Below are positions 29,033 to 39,261 of a DNA stretch of 64,000 bases, piece after piece. The notes beneath the pieces were generated by a model. It saw only the letters and a program-made list of their open reading frames with translations, had not been told where the DNA came from and ran no database searches. The position numbers and the translations under genes are program-made. Each line of letters opens with the position of its first letter. Position 1 is the first letter of the stretch. The stretch lies in the NCBI GenBank assembly GCA_965215565.1, contig CBDCDZ010000004.1, forward strand, positions 3,936,001 through 4,000,000. Direction: 5' to 3'. Source of the DNA: Trueperaceae bacterium (lineage in GTDB: Bacteria; Deinococcota; Deinococci; Deinococcales; Trueperaceae).

Positions 29033-30868
29033 GTGATACAGCCGAGAAAAGGTTTAGTGACGTTATTTCTACTTTTGTTAGGGTTTCTTGTAAGTTGTGG
29101 TGGATCAGGTACTCAGAGCGGATCAGTTGAGGCGCAGGCGCAACTCCGGTTGGAGCCGCAAGGAATTTCAGTAATGGACGCTGGCGCTGAAGGTGGGCAG
29201 GCTGTTGCGCTGTGGAGCGGCGCAGACGGCGCTTACTTCTCTCTTGACAAAGTGCCTGACAGTTGCTACGAGATAAGCGTGCGAGTTAGAGCTGACCTCT
29301 ATGAAGGTCCGCCCAAACTGCGTCTAAGTGTAAACGGTAGCCTTGCAAAGGACCCTAAACCCGTCGCGAACACGTCTTATAAGGACCTGTCGTTTGGTTA
29401 CGTCTGCTTAGAAGGTGGACGCATCGACGCTAACCTTCTTGATGACCGCTATGACGGCGCAGGTAAAGACCGCAACCTTTACGTTGACAGTTTGACCCTC
29501 ACCACACCTGCTGAAGAGAACATCTCCAAGCCTATAGCGCCGCCGCCCATCGAGCCCGGAACTCAACCTGACGCTAAAGGGCTTAGTTTGAGCATCGACG
29601 CGAACGCGAGAGGTAAGGCTGTGCGTCCGGTAGGACTTGCGCTCAACCCGATCAGAGACACCATGAGCTTAGAGGCGGCGGCGCAAGGGGTAGGTGCGAA
29701 GACCTTGCGCTGGGGCGCGATGGAAGCCTATTTCGACAAGGCGGCGGCTCCCAAATTCAAAGTCGGGGTTCAAGACCCCAATCACTGGATGGCGTGGGCT
29801 ACCGATAGCTCAGGTCACCGCACGCTCGACTTGCCTTTTGACGACTTTATGAAGCTCGCTCAGAACATGGGGGCAGAGCCCATCCTCGTCGTCCACATTC
29901 ACTCCGCTCTTTACGAAGGACCGCTTCCCCATGGCGACTGGAATACCATCGTCCAAGCCGCGGCGGACTGGGTTGAATACGCCAATATTACTCAAGGATA
30001 CGGCGTCAAACGTTGGGAAATCGGCAACGAAGTGGACCTAAACGGCTGGTCACCCGAACAGTACGCCAAGATGGTCAAAGACATTTCGGCGGCGATGAAA
30101 GCTGTTGACCCTACGATTAAAATCAGCGCGAACAGCATGGGCGGCAAGGCCTGGTGGGACAAGGTCATGCCGAGTATCGCTGGCGATATAGATTTTTTGG
30201 TGACGCACCAGTACTCCTGGTACACGGACTACGATCAGTGGAAGGACGATCCCTACAGCGTCGGCAACTTCATCGACGACGCACTCTACGCACGTGACAC
30301 GTACCTGCCGGGCGCGCCGCTCGTCCTGACGGAGGTTAGCGCCTTACAGCCTAACCAGGCTACGGAAACGAACTCCGTGTGGCGGGCGGTTCATAACGTT
30401 GAGGTGCAAGCCACGGCGCTTCACAAGGGCGTCGATCAAAATTACTTTTGGGTGAGCCGCTGGTTTGGCGACGAAAATGCCGACATGACCCGCGCGTTCA
30501 ACGCCGACTACCAACCGCTCGCTACCGGAACGTCATTAATGTTCCTCAACCGTTTTGTCGGCGGCAATATCCTGAGCTACGATCCATTTGTGAGTAGCAG
30601 CGTGCGCTCCTGGTCTTTTGTGGACGAAGCGGGTAACCTTACGGTCCTCATGCTCAACAAAGCAACCGAGCCCCAAGCGTTAAACGTCAACCTGCAAAAC
30701 TACCGAGGTACGCTTGAGAACAGCCGCGCTTCGCTCTCAGGTGACGCGCCGAACTCGACCGAGATTCGTATCACTGATGAAGCACCCGTAGGCGCGACGA
30801 ACGAAGGCTTCAACCTCACGCTCCCAGGACTTTCCGTCACGGCGGTTCGGTTTGGCACAACCCCTTAG
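29033..30868 (+). CDS. Lipoprotein glycoside hydrolase (clan GH-A, GH51/GH79-like) with N-terminal carbohydrate-binding module
   Basis: Lipobox LVSC; DRNLYVDSL CBM-like motif; RWEIGNE acid/base and VLTE nucleophile candidates; C-terminal beta-sandwich. Confidence 0.75.
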   Translation: MIQPRKGLVTLFLLLLGFLVSCGGSGTQSGSVEAQAQLRLEPQGISVMDAGAEGGQAVALWSGADGAYFSLDKVPDSCYEISVRVRADLYEGPPKLRLSVNGSLAKDPKPVANTSYKDLSFGYVCLEGGRIDANLLDDRYDGAGKDRNLYVDSLTLTTPAEENISKPIAPPPIEPGTQPDAKGLSLSIDANARGKAVRPVGLALNPIRDTMSLEAAAQGVGAKTLRWGAMEAYFDKAAAPKFKVGVQDPNHWMAWATDSSGHRTLDLPFDDFMKLAQNMGAEPILVVHIHSALYEGPLPHGDWNTIVQAAADWVEYANITQGYGVKRWEIGNEVDLNGWSPEQYAKMVKDISAAMKAVDPTIKISANSMGGKAWWDKVMPSIAGDIDFLVTHQYSWYTDYDQWKDDPYSVGNFIDDALYARDTYLPGAPLVLTEVSALQPNQATETNSVWRAVHNVEVQATALHKGVDQNYFWVSRWFGDENADMTRAFNADYQPLATGTSLMFLNRFVGGNILSYDPFVSSSVRSWSFVDEAGNLTVLMLNKATEPQALNVNLQNYRGTLENSRASLSGDAPNSTEIRITDEAPVGATNEGFNLTLPGLSVTAVRFGTTP

Positions 30869-30961
30869 ACGTGTAAAGAGTCAGTCCGTTGTAAGCTTTC
30901 TCGAGGTTAGCGCGAGGGTGCGCTTCACTGCACCCTCTTAGCCCAAAGAGGAATTTTGCGA

Positions 30962-31804
30962 ATGAGACAACCGCTTACCCTTGTCACCGCTCAAAGCTAT
31001 ATTTCGGCAGATGTAGCAGAAAACGGACGCGAAGTGCGCCGCTTGATGAGGCAAGCTCGTCAGGGGGGCGCGGACCTTGTCCATTTTACAGAGGGTGCGT
31101 TATCCGGTTGTGTCAAAAAACAGATACGGAGCTGGGAAGAGGTTGACTGGACGCTGTTGAGGCGAGAATTGGACGCTATAGCAAACTTAGCAGGTGAGCT
31201 GAGCATCTGGACCGTGTTGGGCCGCAACCACCGTCTAACGCCTCCGAACAAACCTCATAACAGTCTCTACATCATCTCCGCTGAGGGTCAATTAGAGACC
31301 CGCTACGATAAGCAGTGGTGTTCGCACACTGAAGTATCTGACTGGTACACGCCAGGCCAAGGTCTATGCATCTTTGAGGTTGAAGGATGGCGTTTTGGGT
31401 GCGCTCTCTGTATTGAAATCCAGTTTCCTGAACTCTTCCTTGCCTACGCCGAAAATACGGTTGACTGTGTGCTTTTCTCGTCCTATTCAGACTCGGCGAT
31501 GTTCGGCATACAAGCACAAGGTTACGCCGCGTCTCACAACGTCTGGTTTAGCGTCTCTGTACCCGCGCAGATGAGCCACGCGCTTTCCCTTTCCAGCCGA
31601 ATGATTGCGCCAAGCGGAGAACTTCAAGAAGTCTGTGGGCGCGAAGCTTCGACGTTCGTTCTTAGCGTGCTCGATCCCAGAGCGCCCGAGCTAAACATTC
31701 CTCTAAACTATGCCAAACCGTGGCGGAGGGAGGCTCGAGCCGGTGACATCTACCGCTCGCGTTACGTCGCCGACACTCGAAGTGAGGAGAAGACAAAGTT
31801 CTAG
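30962..31804 (+). CDS. Carbon-nitrogen hydrolase (nitrilase superfamily)
   Basis: E-K-C triad: FTEGALSG, RYDK, LCIEIQFPE. Confidence 0.88.
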   Translation: MRQPLTLVTAQSYISADVAENGREVRRLMRQARQGGADLVHFTEGALSGCVKKQIRSWEEVDWTLLRRELDAIANLAGELSIWTVLGRNHRLTPPNKPHNSLYIISAEGQLETRYDKQWCSHTEVSDWYTPGQGLCIFEVEGWRFGCALCIEIQFPELFLAYAENTVDCVLFSSYSDSAMFGIQAQGYAASHNVWFSVSVPAQMSHALSLSSRMIAPSGELQEVCGREASTFVLSVLDPRAPELNIPLNYAKPWRREARAGDIYRSRYVADTRSEEKTKF

Positions 31805-31831
31805 CTCCGTTGGTACGTAACCTTGCTAGTT

Positions 31832-32794
31832 TCAATATCCCCGCCTCTTATCCACCACATGCGTCAGCGCTTCCCCTCTCTCATACAGCCGCAAATTCTC
31901 CAAAAAAATCTTGAGCGCTCTTTCATCATAGTGGGGCGTATCCCCCGAGTAATGCGCTGTCACGATGACGTTCTCCATCTCCCAAAGCGGCGAGTCTTCC
32001 GGCAACGGCTCCTCTTCAAAGACATCTAAGCCTGCCCCGGCAATCTGTCCCTCTTTAAGCGCTCGGATGAGGTCAGCCTCGTTCACCGTGCCGCCGCGTC
32101 CGATATTGATGAGGTAACTTGAGTCTTTCATCAACCCGAACTCATCTGCCGACATCACATGCCGCGTCTCTTCGGTTAGAGGTACAGTCAGTATGACGAA
32201 ATCAGCGTCGGGTAAGAGGGTGCGGAGTTCGCCTCGAGCCACCATCCGCTCGACATATTCAACCTCTTTCGAGGGATCACGCCGCACTCCCCAAACGCGC
32301 ATCCCTAGCGCGGCGGCAAGTTTAGCCGTGCGTTCACCGATTGCGCCTACGCCGATGAGTAGCACCGTCTTACCTGCGAGTTCGATGACACTTCGCTCGT
32401 CCGCCTTACGCCACCTATGCTTCACTTGGTCACGCACCGCGCCCGGCAGACCTCTTGCGAACGCGAGCATGAACGCTAAGACGTGTTCACTAATCGGAAC
32501 TGCGTGAATACCCGAGACGTTCGTCAGGGTGAAAGGATGCTCGGCAGCGTCAGAATACTTGAGGAGCCAGTCCGCGCCCGCGCCCCACTGCTGAAACCAC
32601 TTGAGGTTCGGCGCTTTCGCTAAAAGGTCTCGAGGGAAAGATCCCGCCGCAACTTCAATGTCACCTAATAAAGAGGTGATTTCGTCTTTATCCCTCGAGC
32701 CGCGAACCTCTAGCTGCGGCGCAGCTCGGCGAATCTCGTCCCACTGCTCATTTGAAAAGTGGTCTTCGTTAAAACCGACAAGGAGGATACTCAT
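31832..32794 (-). CDS. D-2-hydroxyacid dehydrogenase
   Basis: IGVGAIG, INIGRG, GLDVFEEEPL, TAHYSG; start moved to ATG 32794. Confidence 0.92.
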   Translation of the reverse strand: MSILLVGFNEDHFSNEQWDEIRRAAPQLEVRGSRDKDEITSLLGDIEVAAGSFPRDLLAKAPNLKWFQQWGAGADWLLKYSDAAEHPFTLTNVSGIHAVPISEHVLAFMLAFARGLPGAVRDQVKHRWRKADERSVIELAGKTVLLIGVGAIGERTAKLAAALGMRVWGVRRDPSKEVEYVERMVARGELRTLLPDADFVILTVPLTEETRHVMSADEFGLMKDSSYLINIGRGGTVNEADLIRALKEGQIAGAGLDVFEEEPLPEDSPLWEMENVIVTAHYSGDTPHYDERALKIFLENLRLYERGEALTHVVDKRRGY

Positions 32795-32920
32795 AGAGAT
32801 AGACTCGGTCAAACTAGTCAATATGTTCGTAAGGTAGCGCGAAATGTTGACGTTTCTCGAGGTATTTACAGGGATGAAGGGAAACCGAATTCCCTTTGCT
32901 CGAGCCTGAGCGAAACTCGA

Positions 32921-33010
32921 GTGCAATCTCTTGACGAATAGCGTATACGGGTATATAATAAATCTTATAACCAGTTGAAAGAGACGCGCTCACAAATGAG
33001 CGCTTTTTTT
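32921..33010 (+). ncRNA. Promoter plus short terminated RNA cassette, copy A (candidate sRNA)
   Basis: TTGACG(32931)-N17-TATAAT(32954); hairpin GCGCTCA-caaa-TGAGCGC plus T7. Confidence 0.65.
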
Positions 33011-33029
33011 GTGGCTTATACAGGTGGGC

Positions 33030-33063
33030 AAAAAAGAAGCCGAGCAAGTCTCGGCTTCTTTTC
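33030..33063. terminator. Terminator of SRPBCC gene
   Basis: AAAAAGAAGCCGAG-caagt-CTCGGCTTCTTTTT. Confidence 0.8.
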
Positions 33064-33078
33064 ACATCAGTTTAATAT

Positions 33079-34059
33079 TTAGTTCTTCTTGCTGGTATCC
33101 CCCGACGCTTTAGGCGGCAGTGCGCCTTCTGGTTTTTTGACGAGTTCGTCTGTATCGGCGTAGCCTGTCGCTTCGCTGTTGGCGCGCCTAGCATTGAGAT
33201 TATCCCCCTCGGGTGTGGGGATGGCGTCACCGTCGGTATGGATGGGGTCTTTCTCGACGTTGTCCGAGCGTAGACCGCTGCTCGAGCCCGGTACGCCCAA
33301 AGACGGCGTCCCCTCTTCATGACCTAATATCGGGCTTCGGGATGTTTGGCTCTGAGACTTTGTGCTCGTAAGGCTACCCGCCGCGCCCCCAATCGTCCCT
33401 GACTCCATCTCGCGCTTGAACCGCGCCAGGTCGTCGCTGATCTGCTGCGCGGGCTCCTCGCCGAAAAGTTTGGCGACGGCTGCGCCGAGCTGTCCGCCGG
33501 GCGGATGGTAGGTCAGCGAAACGATGACTTCGGTGTGTTCGTTGTTTCTACCCGTTGGACTGAAGCGCACCGCGCCTTCGTTGGGCACGTCCGCGTTTTC
33601 CACGGAGCGCCACGCGATGAGTTCGTTCTGCCTGTCGTCGGTGATGACCGCGTCCCACTCGACACTCGTACCTAGTGGTCCATTCGCCACCCAGCGCGAA
33701 CGTTCGCCGCCGAGTTCACGCACGCGCTCCAGGTGCGTCATGATGCTACCTAAGTTCTCCAAATCGCGCCAGTATTTGTACAACTCGCTCGCCGACTTCT
33801 CCACCGTGGCGCTCTCACGGACCTGCACGCCGTTGATGCGACTGCGGTTGTCGTAAAAGCCGTCGTCTGTCTCGCCGTAAGCCGTGATACCCCGGTAGAT
33901 GAGGTAGCCGCCCGCTGCGGAGAAGAGCGAGCCCGCTACGAGAAAGGTCCAATCCGCGCTCTGACCCTTGCCGCTGGAATGGTACGACGCATTCTCTTCG
34001 ATGTCGCGGTTTTGAAAACTGTCATTCTGAAGATAGGTTTCCGAAGGTTTTCGTGTCAT
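33079..34059 (-). CDS. SRPBCC (polyketide cyclase/START-like) protein with N-terminal TM and disordered tail
   Basis: ELYKYWRDLENL...SRWVANGPLG..VEWDA...IAWRS...GAVRF...YHPPGG...EEPAQQI. Confidence 0.88.
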   Translation of the reverse strand: MTRKPSETYLQNDSFQNRDIEENASYHSSGKGQSADWTFLVAGSLFSAAGGYLIYRGITAYGETDDGFYDNRSRINGVQVRESATVEKSASELYKYWRDLENLGSIMTHLERVRELGGERSRWVANGPLGTSVEWDAVITDDRQNELIAWRSVENADVPNEGAVRFSPTGRNNEHTEVIVSLTYHPPGGQLGAAVAKLFGEEPAQQISDDLARFKREMESGTIGGAAGSLTSTKSQSQTSRSPILGHEEGTPSLGVPGSSSGLRSDNVEKDPIHTDGDAIPTPEGDNLNARRANSEATGYADTDELVKKPEGALPPKASGDTSKKN

Positions 34060-34316
34060 TGTTGCCTCCTATATGCTGAAGTGTCCTATTTTGCGCTACT
34101 ACGGACGTGCAAGCGCCCTGTTAAGTTTTACAAAGTTCTGAACGCAGAGCGCAGTGCGCTGTCTATACCCCACATGGTAGGTGTCTCGCCCGCAACCCTT
34201 TACGCCTCATCTCACAATTGACCTTCATCATTGGGCCTCACAGTTACATTTTCGGAAAGTTTGAAGGTAGAAAACGAACCTCTCGCAGGTGCGTTCGTTC
34301 GTATGAACGAACTCGA

Positions 34317-34416
34317 GTGCAACCTCTTGACGAATAGCGCATACGGGTGTACACTTAAATTATATACGCGCTGAGGACGTTGCAGGAAACTGCGAAGGGT
34401 CCCCGGCGATTTTTTT
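34317..34416 (+). ncRNA. Promoter plus short terminated RNA cassette, copy B
   Basis: TTGACG(34327)-N17-TACACT(34350); long hairpin with GAAA loop plus T7. Confidence 0.6.
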
Positions 34417-34475
34417 GTTCCCTACAGTCTGAGGCTCGAGTCCAAGCTGCCGTCCACGTGCGGTAAGATGGAGCC

Positions 34476-35066
34476 ATGGCGCTTCCCAGGCTACAACCCG
34501 AATACGAACCTCGCGCGTTCACCTACCGCGAACTGCTGGCGATGGAGCGGGCAGGGATTTTAGGCGAGGACGAGCGCGTCGAACTTCTCCATGGGAGTAT
34601 CGTCCCTATGACTGTCAACCCACCCCACGCGCTAGTCGTGCGTGAACTCACCGAAACGCTATCTCTGGCTTTTCTAAATGTCGCCAAAATTGATGTGCAG
34701 AACCCTCTGCGGCTTTCAACTGACTTAGATGACCGCCAACTGCTCGTGCCTGACCTGATGCTTTTAGCGCGGCGCGACTACGAGGACCACCCGCAGCCCG
34801 AAGACGTTTACTTGCTGATCGAGGTTTCGGACACCACGCTGCTCAAAGACCGCAAGGTGAAGCTGCCTCTTTACGCCGCCGCAGGTGTGCAAGAGGTCTG
34901 GCTCTTCAACCTCGCAGAGAAGCGTTTGGAAGTCTACGCTGAGCCGCAGGGCGAGATATACGGAGCAGTGAGCAGCCTCGAGCTAAGTGGGCCTACCGCG
35001 CCCCGACGTTTTCCTGATCAGGCTCGAGTATGGCTGAGCGAAGCTATTGTAGCAAAGCTGCCCTGA
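34476..35066 (+). CDS. Uma2-family (DUF820) PD-(D/E)XK endonuclease-like protein
   Basis: RVELLHG, PDL, LLIEVSDTTL..DR..KLPLYAAAGVQEVW; TAAGAT-N6-ATG. Confidence 0.9.
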   Translation: MALPRLQPEYEPRAFTYRELLAMERAGILGEDERVELLHGSIVPMTVNPPHALVVRELTETLSLAFLNVAKIDVQNPLRLSTDLDDRQLLVPDLMLLARRDYEDHPQPEDVYLLIEVSDTTLLKDRKVKLPLYAAAGVQEVWLFNLAEKRLEVYAEPQGEIYGAVSSLELSGPTAPRRFPDQARVWLSEAIVAKLP

Positions 35067-35297
35067 TAACGGGGAATGGGCTGAACAAAACCGAACGAAA
35101 GGTGTTCTTTCGAGTTTAGAGCGGTTTATGCACACCTTTTTTCGAATTCCGGTGCAATCTGAAACCCGGATGAAGTTCGCTTAGCGCCGTTCAGTACGGC
35201 AAACCTGACAGCTAATCTAAAAATGGATAGTTTCCTCGTGCCAAACAGCGCTTTTTGTAAGTTTCAAGAAGCGTCATGCAGACTTTTGTCGGTTCCA

Positions 35298-35385
35298 GTG
35301 CAACCTCTTGACGAATAGCGCATACGGGTGTATAATTTCTTTTATCAATCAACAAAAAACCGCGCTCAGGACGAGCGTTTTTTTT
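35298..35385 (+). ncRNA. Promoter plus short terminated RNA cassette, copy C
   Basis: TTGACG(35308)-N17-TATAAT(35331); hairpin CGCTC-aggac-GAGCG plus T8. Confidence 0.65.
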
Positions 35386-36442
35386 ATTGCTCCTTTCGAG
35401 CTTTGCTCGTACTGAGTGGCGGCTGATTGTGACGCTTTGCGGCGCGGTCCGAGAGCGTCGTAAGGAGGGAGGGGGCCCAGCTCGAATGGACCTCCCGCCC
35501 CTGCTTCACGTCGTCGCCGTCCACAGGATTCAGGCCCGGCAACAGGCGGTTCGTTGTGCTGAGCAATTTCGCCGTGACCTCCGGTAAGAGGGCATTGGCG
35601 AGCACCGCGCCCCTCGCGGGAAGCGTGAGTATCTGCTGCGCCTTTCCTCGGCGGCACGCCTCGACGATCTTTCGCGCGGCTTGGGGTGCGCTCATGGTGA
35701 GAAGAGGGAGCGAGTCGCCCACGGCAAACCAGGCGAGTTCTTGGGCGTGCTGCCCTTTGAGGCGCACGTTGGGGTAGGAGCCTGTGCGCAGCAAGCCGGG
35801 GCAGACCGTCGTCACTTTGACGCCTGCTTGGGCGAGTTCGGCGCGGAGCCCTTCTGACAAGCCAACCAGCGCAAACTTGCTTACAGCGTAAGGGAGCAGG
35901 TGTGGCACGGCGACTTTACCGCCGATTGAAGAGATGTTGACGATGCGTCCCCCTGTGCGTCCCCCCGTACCTTTTCGTGTCCTTTCGAGATGTGGCAATG
36001 CGGCTAGAACCGTATAGAGTGCGCCCCATAAATGAACCTCGAGCGCATCTCTGAAGTCATCCTCTTGCATGTGCGCGAAGGGTCCCGCCTGGATGACCCC
36101 GGCGTTGTTGACCAGTACACCGAGTGAACCGAAATGCGCTACGGTCTCCTTCACAGCATTTTCAACCTCTTGACGTTCACGAACATCGCAAGGGAGTGTG
36201 AGGACTTGTGTTCCCTTTGCGCGAAGCTCCCCAGCGGCTCTCTCCAACTCGTTCTCGTCTCGAGCTAGCAGCGCCAAGTGTGCGCCCTCTTCCGCAAAAA
36301 CTCTCGCCAACGCCAACCCGAGCCCGCGTGACCCACCCGTGATGAGCACAACTTTGTTCTCGAAGTCATAAGCGGGACGCTTGAGGGCGTAGGTCAGTGC
36401 ACCTAGCCCGAGTGCACTTAAGAGAAAGCCCATTTTCTTCAT
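35384..36442 (-). CDS. SDR-family oxidoreductase
   Basis: ITGGSRGLG, NNAG, ISSIGG, YAVSK; start moved to ATG 36442 with AGGATGAG RBS. Confidence 0.9.
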   Translation of the reverse strand: MKKMGFLLSALGLGALTYALKRPAYDFENKVVLITGGSRGLGLALARVFAEEGAHLALLARDENELERAAGELRAKGTQVLTLPCDVRERQEVENAVKETVAHFGSLGVLVNNAGVIQAGPFAHMQEDDFRDALEVHLWGALYTVLAALPHLERTRKGTGGRTGGRIVNISSIGGKVAVPHLLPYAVSKFALVGLSEGLRAELAQAGVKVTTVCPGLLRTGSYPNVRLKGQHAQELAWFAVGDSLPLLTMSAPQAARKIVEACRRGKAQQILTLPARGAVLANALLPEVTAKLLSTTNRLLPGLNPVDGDDVKQGREVHSSWAPSLLTTLSDRAAKRHNQPPLSTSKARKEQ

Positions 36443-36450
36443 CTCATCCT

Positions 36451-36960
36451 CTATTCTCTCGCCCTGCGCCACAGCGTTATGCCCAAAAAGACGAGCACTA
36501 GTCCTACGGCGAAAAACCCAAAATCCCACGCCAACTCGTTCGGTCCTGGCTTGATGTGGTGCAGCCCTAAGAGGCGGTGGTCTACGATTTCGTCGAACAC
36601 GTGGAAGCTGCCGAAGCCGACGAGAACCGCGCCCAAGAGACGCTGACGCGAGAGCGGTACGCCCGCGCGCAAGCCGACGCGCCATAAGAGAACAATACCG
36701 ACAATTGTAAACCCGTATGCGCCGAGGTGGAACACGCCGTCTGCGAGCGTGTTCCACCTGAGCCCCGCGAGCGTCTGGGCGGTGCGCCAATTCGAAACCA
36801 TGTGATGCCACTGCAAGACTTGGTGCAGGACAATTCCGTCGAAGAAGCCGCTGAGCCCGAAGCCTAGAACCATGCCCGCGCGGAAAAGACCTCTTTCCGT
36901 GCTCTGCTTTTTCCCCCGCACTACGCGGACCTTCTCGTCTCGCTGATTCTGCGCGTCCAC
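36451..36960 (-). CDS. DUF2243-like membrane protein
   Basis: GFFDGIVLHQVLQWHHM, DGVFH, DHRLLGLHHI. Confidence 0.85.
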   Translation of the reverse strand: MDAQNQRDEKVRVVRGKKQSTERGLFRAGMVLGFGLSGFFDGIVLHQVLQWHHMVSNWRTAQTLAGLRWNTLADGVFHLGAYGFTIVGIVLLWRVGLRAGVPLSRQRLLGAVLVGFGSFHVFDEIVDHRLLGLHHIKPGPNELAWDFGFFAVGLVLVFLGITLWRRARE

Positions 36961-38129
36961 TACGGTTGCAGCACCACCTTTACGCAGCTATCCTCTTTAT
37001 GTTTGAAAATATCGTAGCCGTGCGGCGCGTCGTCCAGGCTCATGTGGTGGGTGATGATCCTCGAGGGGTCTAAAGCCCCATCTACGATCTTCTCCGTCAG
37101 CGTCTCTAAGTAGCGGTGGACGTGCGTCTGCCCCATCTTAAAGGTGAGCCCTTTGTTGAAGGCTGCGCCCAGCGGAATTTTATCTAGAATGCCGCCGTAC
37201 ACTCCGCCGAGCGAGACCGTGCCTCCTTTGCGGCAGATTTGGATGGCTTCGCGCAGAACGATGGGGCGTCCTGTTTGGAGCATCACTGCCTGCTTCGCCT
37301 TATCGAACACATCTAAGACGCCCGCGCCGTGCGCTTCCATACCGACTGCGTCGATGCACGCGTCCGGTCCGCGCCCCGCCGTCATCTCCCGTAAGGTTTC
37401 GATGACGTCTTTCTCTTCATAGTTGATAACTTCTGCGCCGCCGAAGGTCTTCGCCATCGCCAGACGCTCCTCGAGGCGGTCGATCGCAATCACGCGCTCC
37501 GCGCCGAGCAAGTAGGCGCTCTTAATCGCGAAGAGCCCCACCGGACCGCAGCCCCACACCGCGACGGTGTCGCCGCCTTGAATGTTACAGTTTTCCGCCG
37601 CCTGGTAGCCCGTCGGCAAGATGTCGGTCAAGAAAAGCACCTGGTCATCCGTGAGGCTGTCGGGCACCTTGTACGGACCCACGTCCGCGAAGGGCACGCG
37701 CACGTACTCCGCTTGCCCGCCCGCGTAGCCGCCCATGAGGTGCGAGTAGCCGAATATCCCGGCGGGCGCATGACCGAACATGGTTTCTGCCAAAACGGTG
37801 CTCGGGTTCGAGTTGTCGCATAGAGAGTAGAGGTCGTTGCGGCAGAAGTAGCAGTCGCCGCACGCGATAGGGAAGGGGACGACGACGCGGTCTCCTACGG
37901 AGAGGTTCTTGACCTCCGCGCCCACCTCGACGACTTCACCCATGAACTCGTGCCCTAAGATATCCCCTTTTTGCATCGTCGGGATGAACCCGTCGTAAAG
38001 GTGCAAGTCGGAGCCGCAAATGGCGGTGGACGTGACCTTGATGATGGCGTCGCGCGGATTGAGGAGTTCCGGGTCAGGAACCTGCTCGACGCGGACGTCG
38101 TTCGAACCGTACCAGCAAAGTGCTTTCAT
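36960..38129 (-). CDS. Zinc-dependent alcohol/formaldehyde dehydrogenase (YbdR-like MDR)
   Basis: ICGSDLH, GHEFMG, CxxCxxC...[16 protein letters not shown]. Confidence 0.93.
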   Translation of the reverse strand: MKALCWYGSNDVRVEQVPDPELLNPRDAIIKVTSTAICGSDLHLYDGFIPTMQKGDILGHEFMGEVVEVGAEVKNLSVGDRVVVPFPIACGDCYFCRNDLYSLCDNSNPSTVLAETMFGHAPAGIFGYSHLMGGYAGGQAEYVRVPFADVGPYKVPDSLTDDQVLFLTDILPTGYQAAENCNIQGGDTVAVWGCGPVGLFAIKSAYLLGAERVIAIDRLEERLAMAKTFGGAEVINYEEKDVIETLREMTAGRGPDACIDAVGMEAHGAGVLDVFDKAKQAVMLQTGRPIVLREAIQICRKGGTVSLGGVYGGILDKIPLGAAFNKGLTFKMGQTHVHRYLETLTEKIVDGALDPSRIITHHMSLDDAPHGYDIFKHKEDSCVKVVLQP

Positions 38130-38310
38130 GATGCCCCCCTATAAAGTTGTTGGAAATTAAATCCGTAAGCTCGAGATAATTCCAGTAAGCTTTGTGCCTC
38201 GAGTCCTAACTATTGTGAAAGTTAAGAACGCTCGAGCCTCAACCTCTTACCTGTTGCGAGTCTAAAAAAGAAGAGGGGCGCACCTTTTGAGGTGCGCCCC
38301 ATCGGTCCCG

Positions 38311-39066
38311 CTAGTTTCCGCTTGGCTGACCCTGCGTCGTCGCGGTGACACCCGTTTCCATGCGCTGCTTGAAGCGGCGCAAGTCGTCGCTGAGCTGCTG
38401 TGAGGGCTCCTCACCGAAGAGCTTGGCGACGGCTGCGCCGAGCTGACCGCCCGGCGGGTGGTAGGTCAGGTTGACGCGCACTTCGGTGCCGCGTCCGCCC
38501 GGCGCTTCGGCGAAGGTCACGCTGCCTTCGTTCTGCACGTCGGCGTCCTCGACGGCTTTCCAGGCGATGAGCTGATTCTCGATATCTTGAGTGACTTCGG
38601 CGTCCCATTCGACGCTCAAGCCGACTGGTCCTTTCGCCACCCAGTGCGAGCGCGTGTCGGTCTTCTCCGTGACCGACTCCAGATGGCTCATGATGTCGGA
38701 GAGGTTGCTGAGGTGACGCCAGTAGTGATACAGCTCCGAAGCGCTTTTGTTGATGGTAACGCTCTCGCGCACGTGCTGGGTTTTGCCCTGGTTGTTATTG
38801 CTGCGGTTTTGCCCGTAGCTGCTGGTGTTACGGCTGCTTGAGCCCCCTTGCTTCGCCACGCCGCGGTAGATGAGGTAGCCCCCAACACCCAACAGGACGG
38901 TACCGGCGATAGCGGCGGCTATGCCCGCGCCTGCGTCCTCCTTACTACCTCCGTCGTTATAGTGCCCCGTCTGGTAGTTGCTTGCCCCATAGTTGTCCGA
39001 TCCGTAGTTGTCCGACTGATAACGTCCGTACTCGTCTCTTCTATCGTTCATTTTCCTATCGTCCAT
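38311..39066 (-). CDS. SRPBCC protein, paralogue of 33079-34059
   Basis: Shared GYLIYRG, VRES, YHPPGGQLGAAVAKLFGEEP; AAGGGGG RBS before ATG 39066. Confidence 0.88.
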   Translation of the reverse strand: MDDRKMNDRRDEYGRYQSDNYGSDNYGASNYQTGHYNDGGSKEDAGAGIAAAIAGTVLLGVGGYLIYRGVAKQGGSSSRNTSSYGQNRSNNNQGKTQHVRESVTINKSASELYHYWRHLSNLSDIMSHLESVTEKTDTRSHWVAKGPVGLSVEWDAEVTQDIENQLIAWKAVEDADVQNEGSVTFAEAPGGRGTEVRVNLTYHPPGGQLGAAVAKLFGEEPSQQLSDDLRRFKQRMETGVTATTQGQPSGN

Positions 39067-39261
39067 CTTCTTACCCCCTTGAAATGTATGTAGTGACTCT
39101 CTCGGATTAGAGAGCCTGGACAGCATTATGGTAGGCGGCTGCGGATTGCCGCGCTTAGCCTTACCTTACAGTTTTACCCCGTCTCCTTAGGGCAGAAGAA
39201 AGAAAGCGCCCTCAGTAGGGCGCTCCAAACCTGTTGTACGCGCGTGGTTTCGGAAGTTGCG

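Noticed and set aside
35384..36811. Long N-terminal extensions in the ORF track (also 42551, 13741, 23473, 32926, 39126, 56685)
   Set aside because: They overlap neighbouring genes or non-coding motifs; downstream starts have an RBS, a -10 box or family-typical N-termini.
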